Shown: piece after piece, positions 12,881-23,572 of the stretch
Position numbering within the stretch: position 1 is the first letter of the stretch
Layout of the letters: each line of letters begins with the position of its first letter
Source of the DNA: Lytechinus pictus
Taxonomy: Eukaryota
Length of the DNA: 60,000 bases
NCBI RefSeq assembly: GCF_037042905.1
Contig: NC_087250.1
Span: forward strand, 6,512,001-6,572,000
Direction: 5' to 3'
Made by a program: the position numbers and the translations under genes
The notes under the pieces: model-generated
The model's database searches: none
Seen by the model: the letters and a program-made list of their open reading frames with translations, nothing else
What the model was told of the DNA's origin: nothing

Positions 12881-13539
12881 TTCTTAATTGTTTACAACAG
12901 TGCAGTGGTCATCGGATTTTTTTTCAGATGTCATGAATGAAGCACCATTTCTCGATGATGTTCTATTTTAGAAATAACCTTTTGAGCACCAAACGAAGTA
13001 TGTTGCAATGTTAGTCTGTCCCGATAGATGGTTTCCAATACAAAATACGCGTAAATTTTGATCGGTCGCCAAATCGCTGGAAAAAAGGATGTGTAAAAGG
13101 GCTAAATTTTCCAATAAAACACATTTGATTTCATACCTATCACATCATATTCATTTTAGGGCCATGCTCATATAATATAGTAATCTGGAATGGAATGGTG
13201 ACATGAACTTTTCTGACCGGGATTTACCAATATAATTCTAAACTTAAAAGCTGTAAATCATACAAATGAATATAAGCGGACACACTGCAGTTCAGAAAAT
13301 AAGAATAAATTAAATAGGAGACCTACAAGAAGCATAAAGTGTGTGTGAATTTTATTTCATCAAAAAGTATGTTTCTTGGTATTATTCACTGAATGTGTGA
13401 CTTTCGTAACTTTCAGTATTTTCATTTATTATAATCATCAAGGCTACCGCTACCACATTCACTACCACCACCACCATCATCATCAGTGTTAATTTTCGTC
13501 AATATCATCAGTAGGATCATTATAGTCAATCATGTCAAC

Positions 13540-13816
13540 CAGTGGCGTACCTAGGATTTTCCACAGGGGGGGCAAAACCGTCCGCCAAAAAAAAAAAAAA
13601 GGTCTTCGATCACAAATAAAGGATTTTGTACCAGAAAAATATTGACAAGCAAAAAAGAAGGTCTTAAAGGTCGTCAGGGGGGCAAAAAGGGTTTTTCAAG
13701 CCCGTCAGGGGGGGGGGGGCAAAGATACGTTTTTGCATGGGTTTTGACTCGTCAGGGGGGACAGAGTGCCCACCCTGCCCCCCCCCCCCCCCCCCCCCCC
13801 CGTAGGTACGCTAGTG
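13540..13816. mobile_element. hAT-like MITE with 8-bp TSD
   Basis: Terminal inverted repeats (TIRs) CAGTGGCGTACCT / AGGTACGCTAGTG; TSD ATGTCAAC (13532-13539) / ATGTCAGC (13817-13824); poly-G/C subterminal tracts. Confidence 0.85.
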
Positions 13817-16800
13817 ATGTCAGCAGAACCATCTATGTCATTATCGTAGTTATTGAAATTTTGATAATTTTGGTAAGGAAATAATGAAAATGAGAGAAAG
13901 GTTGTAGCGGGAAGGGGTGGGGTGTGAGTTTGTTCTAAAGTAAAATCAATATGAGTAGATTTAAATTAATGTTTTTATCTACATTGCAGTGATGGTAAAC
14001 ATCATTACAATACTAGGATGCCAAGATGTTCAATAATTTAAGCTTCAAAATTCAGTATCGATCACGGGTGAAGATATGGGGCCGTAAGCTGCAGGGAGAT
14101 ATGTATAATAATATTAACATTAGATCATTACTCTAAAATAGATGGAATGTAATAATTATTTATTATCTATGTTAGTTTATACACTTACTGGCCTAAAAGC
14201 AAAAGCAAATAGGGCCATGATATAGTCTCCTCTATCAAGAGAATTGAACATTATTGACCTTTCAGGATTGCTTGGCATTGATACTCATCGAACTGTTCTT
14301 AGTCATTGCCCAGGCCTATGATCATGAAAAAGCAAGATCACTCACCCGTATAGTAGAGAATCATTCACAATAGCATGTGCCACAGAAAGACGCTCACAGA
14401 CTTTAATTCCCCGCATATCCGCTGTCGTGATTATTGTCGTAATTTCAATAGATGAACCTACTTCAAAAGACCGTTGGCCCGTCCGATGGGGAATCTTTTG
14501 TAATATATAGTGTATTAAAGTACGTGTATGCAGAACTACCGTCCCGACTTCTTTTGTGCTATTTAAAAGATTTCTTTCACCATCATCAAATAGCGATTAG
14601 CGTGTAAAATCGCATTAATTATCTCACATAACGGATCTAATGTTCATGATTACCAGCATCACCATGATCATTACCATTATCTTTCATATATTTTTAATTG
14701 TATAGAATATAAAATTAATACTGGAGAACGACTGGAAATAGATAATGAATGATGGTGATGATGAAAGTGATAATCATAACTTTGAAGTGATATTAACGGA
14801 CATGATAATACGAATAATAATATCAGTGATAATGTTGATGATTTAATATCAACAAATGAAGATGATTTGTATATTTGCGGCAATGAACCATGTATAACTT
14901 GAGACGCGTTTTTCCTTTATCATGTTTGTTTTAAAGGGTTTTCATATCATGATCCTGAAATACAAAGATTATATTAAAATTAAAAAGAGAGAGAATGGAT
15001 GGCCATCTAATTTTGGAAAAGATTTTGCGAGTTGTCAAGTCCGATGCAGTATAAAAAATGATTGCATGTCGAGGTCGATGTGAATTTTATATCAACGACA
15101 TCATCCCCAGAGTCTATCACGTTGTGAGTTTGTGTGCATTTTTAGCAAGATTAACATTTGTAATACGAGATTATTCTTAGTTAGAGTCTGTAACATCCGA
15201 ACTACATGCCATTCCGGCTACGTACGTTTTGAATTCATCGGATATTTCGATTTCTGGATGCATGTTACCTTGCAGTTAAACCGGTGTACGCCTGAATCAT
15301 ATTGATTGTCATTTGTATTAACTTTATAATAACGTCGACATACAAAAACAGAATTCATCAGGTTCTTTATCATTACACCAATGATATGAACGTATGCGCA
15401 TATAGGCCTACGTCTTTTGCTTGATAGAACACTGACCCCCCCCCCCCCTCCATTAGAGCGAGAACAATATCGTGCTTTCAGCTCATTAATATTGATTTCG
15501 ATAAGGAGATCGGGAACGCACGCGATTAATAGTAATTTACATTATTTGTATACCACTTACAAGTGAAGCGCAAAATATGTATCTAAACGCTAAGGAAAAA
15601 ATAGAAAGTGAGAAGGAATTTCACCCAAAATTGAAATAGTTGCACAGTTCACAGTAGGCTGTAAATAATAGAGGGGCTTCACATGCGGCGTATTATTACA
15701 GCGCTTTACTGCAAGTCTAAACTTTTTAGAAATCTAAACCGTAAGCGCTGCGCGCTCGCATACCAGTGCCAAACGGGTCATGCCAACGATCATGCCAATA
15801 AAAGAAAATTATGTATACGCATATCTTTTTTTTCACAAACTCACTTTGAAATATAGTTTAATTTCCAGAGCCCAAAAAAGGAAACTTCCAAACATTTTCA
15901 CTGTTTGGACTCCCCCTTGAGGAAACCAACAAAAATAAGCTTAGGGGGGGATTTTGCGTCCTCTCTCTGTATTGACGAAAGCTGGATCCGCCCTGATAAA
16001 AATGATCCCTTTTCAAGCTCGTCATTCACGCTTGCATTATTTAGTCTGATACTTACCCTCTCGATGACTTTGAAATATTTGGGCTGTAACTAAATCGAGT
16101 GTAACATCTGTTCTATGAAACTTGATTTTGTAACATTTATTATAAAGATGCTTATGAACAAATCATATTGGTTTACATATTATAAAGCGCCTTCTCATAT
16201 TCCAATTTTACCTTAAACGTAAATATCTTATTTTCAAAAGAAATCTATAAAAAGGGTACAGTTCGGCTTTCATTTTGATGCCAAATAGTCTCATAATTGG
16301 GATTAGTTGCAAACACGGTTTTCGATTAGAAGACACATCGGGGAACATCAAAGTATCAAGACAGTCATCAGCGCTGACAAAGTGATAATCTCCCATTGAA
16401 ATACCCCACCAATCAAGAGTTCATCTTTCTATTGTAATCCGCCACCAGTCAGACCACCTCTATGTTCAAGAATAATGGGTAATCTCCCCAATCAAGAATG
16501 GGGTCTACCTTGACAATGGGTTAAGCCGTTAAATACAGCTTGCAATGCGCTGGCCCATGTCATTTTCAACGTCCGGCTTTCGGGGAATTAAAATAAGCAT
16601 CAAATGGGTAGTTTTCTTGTTCTCGTTTTGTCCCCATACTAGAACCTTGATTTTGTTTCTTTTCGTAATGTGCATTTTAATATGGTTTCCATTATATTTC
16701 TCAACATTTCGACATTTAATGTAGTTTAATTAATACTTGCCTTTATAAAGAGCAATATTACATAAAACCTGTTTGGCGAAGCAGATTATAACATAACATT

Positions 16801-17300
16801 CGACTGATATTTTATCAACACATTTTTAATTAACCATGTAACTTCCCTCTATATAGGTCTCCTCTTAATATGAACATTCGAGTTATATTCTTTGCCTACC
16901 ATCTCTCTGTGCATTTTAATAACCAAATATATTTGGAAAAGGGGTGTTTATCAGGCTAAAGTGAAGGTCCTCACCTGTCTATGAACGACATATTCTCATT
17001 AAAATACATGCTGTGAGTTTTATAGGGGGCACACTTGTGTAAAAATGGCATATTTATATCAACAAAATTGATAATGGCTCTCATAGGGGGGGGGGGGCGG
17101 GATTCACTACATAACTGTACCCTCCAGGTGCAGAATATACAACCACTGACTTTTTTTAGTAGAGGTCACAAAATAGACCACAATACTTTTGAGAGCCCAA
17201 CTATTGTTCAAAATAAATACGGCGCCTATTGGATTGTATTGTGTTACTCCGGCAGGATCCGCACCAGCATGCACCCCATCCTTGTTGATCTAGTATGCCA

Positions 17301-17456
17301 AATACCTCGGTCACATTTGTTTTAAGGCGAGTCGAAAACAGTCGTTTTAACAGTTTTTGTACCAGCTAAATATAGGAGGTTTGAATAAAATGAATAAAAC
17401 GGCTGTTTTCGACTCGCCGTATGGCGGCCGTATAGAGCAAATGTGACCGAGTTATT
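17301..17456. mobile_element. Small palindromic MITE
   Basis: CTCGGTCACATTTG / CAAATGTGACCGAG; GGCGAGTCGAAAACAG / CTGTTTTCGACTCGCC. Confidence 0.75.
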
Positions 17457-20400
17457 ACCATTTCCTGTACGTTTATTGATTTTTTGTGCATATTCAAACA
17501 TGCAAGCTTTACAGAATGCAGCTATACGATTAAGAGGTGAAGTACAAAGTTGGAAGGGAAACTAGGCCAAAGAGGCTTTCGTATTACTATGTTTACCTTA
17601 GACACTGGGAATCTAATTTGCAATAATTTGACATACACACATTGCAGATTAATTCAGATATTTGATAGGAAGAAGAAATCAACGGCAATATACACGTATT
17701 GTACAAGTCAAACGTGAAGGTTAAAAAAAGAATAGGTATAGAAAAGATTTAGAAAAATTCAAGGAAGAAATGAAGTTGGATGAAAAAAGGAACCATTAGA
17801 ATTAAGTTGACAAAATTGGATATTGTAAGTAGAACTGGAAAATTAAAAGAAATAATTAAGTTCCCCCCCCCCCAGCGGACTGGTTTGAGGGGGGTGGGGG
17901 TCACCATGCATAAAATCATGGTACTTGTGGAGGCCTCAGCCCCAGACCCCCTTCGGTTCTGTGGCTCCTGGGTGGTAATCAAGAACACTAGGTCACATAA
18001 TACTCTAGATCACAGGGGAAATTCATATAAGAGAATAAAGACGGATCCCAGGTAAAAAGATAATATAGGTTTTCCTGTCCAATATCATGTCGGAGTCACT
18101 TAAATGTGTTAATTTGCATTTTAATTCACGCGACATTTTTCATCGGTCATTCAAAGTTTAGAAGACGCTGTAATTCCTTTATAAACACTCAACTCAATTC
18201 ATGGTCAAGACTACCTCAACTTCTTTGATAATTTCAATATTTATTTTTTAAGTGCTTTTGATTTCGTTCGAAGGCAAAGATGTTTGTAATGGTCCTTCAA
18301 AGTAACGAAAGTACTTTTTGTTCTGAATTTCGGGCAATGAAATTCAAGAATTGTGCATTTAAGCTACAATGACCGATATGACTGCTTGAGCATCCAATTA
18401 AATTTTTAAAGTTCAAATTAATGATACTTTATTCGTTTGTTTTGCACGGCATCTGTATTATGTGTGAATATATAAGTTTCCAACATGTCAATGTTTAAAC
18501 ATGTGTATAATAAGAGTAAAATTGATGTGCACTTTGGCTAAATTAGACATAGGCCTTTGTTTAGCTCAAATTTGAATTTAAACGATGGCCTTAGTTTTCA
18601 TCCTTTTTTCCACAAAAAACGCTTGCATTTTGTGGATGTATTGTTTTTTTTTGTCACAGTAGCTTTTCAATGTATAAATTTAAATGCCATCATTTTTGGA
18701 CCCAGGTATGATTTATATTGCATCATTTACGAGGGGATTTGCATTTCGTTTACAAAGATGAAGGACAATTTTTCCACCCGACAATGTTAACAGTGTGGGC
18801 TCAGGGTGATTTAAAAAAATCTTACCCGCGCCTGAATACTTACTTTTAGAAAGTCAATATCTAACGGTATATTCTTCAAAATAAGGCAACATACTCGTGC
18901 TAAAGGGCTAAAGCTTTATTGTTCTATTAAAGAAATGAAATCTAAATTTAATTGAACTTTGTCATATACTGAAACCCGAAACGAAAAATCATCAAAAGAA
19001 ATTGTGAAAGCGTAACTTTGGAAAATATATACCCCACTGCGACTAGGCACACCGACACAAGGACACAACGATATTCAGATCAGTGACTAGAGATCGGGCG
19101 TTCAATAGTTTGCCTAAAACGCCGATATCGTGGACATAGAGGGCGCTCATGCAAAAACATCTTATCGGAGAGCCAACCGGGGGCGTCAAAAGAAAAGATA
19201 AAAGCGAACGCTTCCGTTTTCGCTGCAAGGGCACGCTGGCGTCTTGAATGGCAAGAGCACTGACCCGTAGGTAAGATAAAAGGACAATGTCACGCTCAGC
19301 GGTTTCGCTGTGGAATATAAAGGAAAAGACGCACACACACTTTTGACAACACGCCTAAGATAATGATCTAAACTTCAAATGCTTATAATTTTCTTACTAT
19401 TCATTCAATTTTTCTCAAAATTTTGTTGATCTGTTTCTTTCATGATTTTGATCTTGTTTCAAATGTTTAAGTTTCCTTTAAACGACGGCAGTCTGAAAAT
19501 AGGTCCTTGCGATATGAAATATTGTTGTGTTCTTAGATGAAAATTATTTGTTCTAATTTATTTACTCACCGACACATGAGCCATGACCAAGCTTCAACTT
19601 TGTCCACAATGTGCCCACAAAAATCGAAGACAAAACTCCACTTCAGATCAGAGAAAATATTCAACAATTATTAAACTTAGCGTGGGAGTCGCCGAGGGTG
19701 CTATAAGGATCGTGACACGAAGCGTGAATTACTTCGAGCTCTTTTATGAACTCGCGGTTGGCCTTACCAAGGGTATTGCACGAATCCCGAAAATCATAAA
19801 ATAATTTCTAATTAAACAAGCGAAGGTCATTGAACGAATAAAATTATTCATGAAATATAAAAATCCATTAAGGTTACATGTAAATCGAAATAAAAAATCA
19901 AAGAAAATGGTTCAAGTAAATCTGTATAGTAAAACCATGAGGTTGCGCAACTATCTAATAAAGTTCGTGTGCAATCAGCCTTTCACGAAGTTGACTCCTC
20001 GAGAAAAAAAAAGAAGTGAAGACAAAAATATTTCCACACAAAAAGTTCCGATCAAGCCAGGCATTGAAATAAAAACGATTGGTTGAACGTCAGTTTGTTG
20101 ACCATAAACAAAAGCTGTCATTCATCCGTAGTTTGAAAACAAAACTGGAGTGGTTGGTCACAAAATCGATAAGGCGTGAAAGCTTAAGAATGCGCGTAGT
20201 ACATGTTGAAGTAATACAAAACAGGAAATGTCTGTACGATTAGAAATATGTGGCACAAACATGCAATTTATAACGGTGAATGGACGAGAAGATACATGCA
20301 ATGTGAATCTAATACTACAAGTACATTCGCCTTGATCATGTTGATTGTCCGTCTAAAAATGCGCTCGTGATTGGCGCTGGCCAAAGTTTCCTCTCACAAA

Positions 20401-21702
20401 TAGCTTTCCATAACATCGCTACCATATGCTACATGACACAAATCTAGGAAGATAAACATCCAACTCGACTCAGTCGGGATCACCTTCCATTTCCCCGATT
20501 AGACATCGTCAGAAATAATTAATTTGCCTTTTATTGATTTATGAAAACCATCGGAGATAATTGCTGGTAATTTCATTTCACAGCAGACCCGTTACGTTCA
20601 TTCACAATTTCTATTTATTGAGGGGAAAAAAAGACATTAATTTTGAATATATGTTTTGTGTAGGCCCTCTAATGGCAAAAAGTAAAGTTGGTCTGAATTG
20701 TCATAAAATAATCTCTATTTTCTATTTAGAAAAAAAATGATGAAAAAAGTTCAGCTTATTTTAGAGCCAAGTTATTGATTGAATTGATTGAAAATCACAT
20801 TTATTTCCTTCAAACAGATACAAAATAATATTTGACATAGTAACGAATACAGTATATATTTCGACACAATTTTGAAGGAGGCGAAAACCCGGAAAGCAGA
20901 GCTTGAGTTGGGGTCGCCAGATACAAATAAATAACAAGTTACGTACTGTAATGATATCATATGTAATTGCATATAAATAAGAAAGTTAAGAGTAGAAAAA
21001 GAAACACAGATGGAGAAGAGGGAGAAGAAATGTAGGCATTAGAAGATAAGTTCATTTGAATAACAGAGTACACTGGTCGCAATTACGTAACATTGGTACA
21101 TGTATAAAGAGCTTTTATAGAATGGATGGGAAAATCCCTGCAATCTGATTGGTTGAGAGCTATGCAATAATTTTTACTGGGCTGCATGAACGATATCCCG
21201 ATAATCAAAACTACATCCACTGTAAACAAGCTATCGTCCGAAAAGGTCATTGTGATGTCATCGCGCATGTACTGTTACGCTTGTTTACGTCAAAATTTTG
21301 AATTTTCGATCAAGGCAGAATGAATCAAATAAAGGATGCAAAATGATCTGTAAGTACAAATACATTACCGTAATTGTCATAGGGATTAAAACTGCCTGCA
21401 TACTCGTTAGTTGAGAAGTCCAGACATACGATCTAACGTTTATAGATCTACTGCCCTGGGCTGGCTGTGCACAGCCAAATCTCCACTGCGGGCCCAGGCA
21501 GCCGTAGGCACTGGCCACCGGCGCGGCCCGGGCATACACACACAGCTATTGGAGGTCTGAGGCTGCCTCATAGATCTAGGCAATGCAAAGCTGTATCTGG
21601 CATTTTGGGTATAATCATGCCTTTGTGCCAACATATTATCAAGTTAGGCATACATATTTATGTTTTCCAGGGTTATCAAAGGGTCTGCATTACATTTTGG
21701 AA

Positions 21703-21826
21703 TTTTCATGCATCCGGTAAAAAATCATGCGTCCGGTAAAAAAAATCATGCGTCCAGTAAATTTTTTTCATGCGTCCAGTAAATTGAATTTACTGGACGC
21801 ATGAAATTATCATGCATCCGGTAAAT
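21703..21826. repeat. Short array of TCATGC(A/G)TCC(G/A)GTAAA units, one inverted
   Basis: Five direct copies plus TTTACTGGACGCATGA in reverse. Confidence 0.8.
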
Positions 21827-21861
21827 CATTAATTTTTGTGGTTTATTCAATAAAATTTTTC

Positions 21862-22048
21862 CATTCTATAAAACAGATGATGCATGGGTTTCTTTCGTGG
21901 GTCAGTGGAACTGTGTGCACGCGGTAACTTTGGCATTATGGTCTAAACACACTCGGCTGCACCTCGTGGGTTAAACCATGCCAAAGTTACCTTGTGCACA
22001 CAGTTCCTACTGACCCACTCTAACCCATGCACCATTTGTATAGAGTGA
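21862..22048. mobile_element. Palindromic MITE-like element
   Basis: GTGGGTCAGTGGAACTGTGTGCAC..GGTAACTTTGGCAT / ATGCCAAAGTTACC..GTGCACACAGTTCC.ACTGACCCAC; TGCATGGGTT / AACCCATGCA. Confidence 0.75.
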
Positions 22049-22129
22049 CATTTGTCTAGCAGAGCAACAGGTAATGCATGTGCATTAATTATCATTAGAA
22101 ATGGGAGGTAGTTCAAGCATGTCAACATG

Positions 22130-22326
22130 TCAATGATCTCTGTCAGTGCAAGCATTTAAATAAAGTTTCATTTTATAAGAGAAAGATTGCAAAGAACGAG
22201 AGTTTTGTAGGCGGGCTGGTAAACTGTTCCAAAATTTTGGCCCAGAGTAGCGAATATCGTATTGAAATCTTCGGGTTCTATGTTTTGGTAAATGAATTTG
22301 GGTAGCGCTTCTCGTGCTATACTTAT
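22130..22326 (-). pseudogene. Displaced C-terminal end of LINE ORF2
   Basis: Hand translation continues in frame from ..CNSDIH as KYSTRSATQIHLPKHRTRRFQYDIRYSGPKFWNSLPARLQNSRSLQSFSYKMKLYLNACTDRDH*, the typical HxYxTR..GPKxWNxLP end of CR1/L2-group ORF2. Confidence 0.9.
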
Positions 22327-23514
22327 TGTAAGATTAGAAAGTGTATTTTTTCTTTGAAATATTTAACATGACGTCAGAGACGTTAATTGAGTTGTAGCAT
22401 CATTTATCTGGGTCGATAGAGGGCGTTGGAAATTTGCCTTGCCAAGATCGACAAAGATTTAAAGTTCAGCCCGTCGTGACTTTACAGTAGAATTCAAGAT
22501 AATCGGTACAAGTCCAATGTTGTAAGTAAAAGGACCTTTATATTTCCGTAATGTAATGTTTAACTGAATATATGGAACCAAAATTAACTCGAGACGATAA
22601 TTAATTTGTTGTTAATTTAGCTCATAACTTTGGTGAAAGTGTTTGGAGTTTACGTATAGAATACACGTGTGATAAACGTATATTGACATTGTACATTGAT
22701 AGGTAATTGGACATGCACATGAAGAGTGTTGCGTAATAGCATATCGGTACGGTACTGTGTGGTAATCTCGCACACAGTGCATAGTAGGCTATTCATGTTC
22801 AGAGTTGTAAACGAAATGGAATGTCAAATAAACAAATGTTGTTCTTTGTTAGCTACATTTGGTTCTAGTTGTTGAAAAGGATACAGTATATGTATGAGTT
22901 TGGAAATAAGGCATTAAAGCCAGTTTTTGGTGCATTTTAAAGCCCTGATAATCTGATAATTACAAATAACACATACAGTGAAGGTGAAATGAAAGCCTAG
23001 TTATTGGTTTGAGTAAAGTTATTGCTAGTCAATAATGCCTCAGAGTATAAAGTTTAGAGGCAAGGTAATATTTAAGTATCGTAGTTGATATAAAGGACAA
23101 ATGAGACAAAGTAAAGGTTTTGTTTATTTAACCGCATATCGCAAAGTTTATTCAAGGTCATTTGAATACATTGACAGAATTTGATAGGTAAATTTGTTAC
23201 AGGAAACCAGAATATTTATTTATGCAAGATTCAAACGTCACAAATAATTTGTGCAATACATAGACTATTTATTTTATATCATGCAAGTACATAAATGTAA
23301 CTGCATATACAGATGCTTATTATTGTTTGTTTATATTTTTATGCTACAGATTGAACATGCTCGATGGTATGATCGATGGTATACTAGATGGTATGCCCAG
23401 ATGGTATGCTTGATGGTATACTTGATGCATCGTATGATAACTGGAAATTCTGCGTCACCGAGTCTTTTGTTTGAGTACTGTCTACTGTCAAGTCACTCGT
23501 AGTTATACGTCACA
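22327..23514 (+). repeat. 5' LTR (1188 bp)
   Basis: TGTAAGATTAGAAAG...TATACGTCACA; repeated at a constant offset of 5491. Confidence 0.95.
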
Positions 23515-23572
23515 TAAAGTTCAATAACAATCGTCACCGTAAGAACAGTCGTCACCGTCAAGAACAGTCGCC

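Noticed and set aside
23251..23502. 83-aa ORF repeated at 28742-28993
   Set aside because: Lies inside the LTRs, has a non-ATG start and is driven by GATGGTAT repeats
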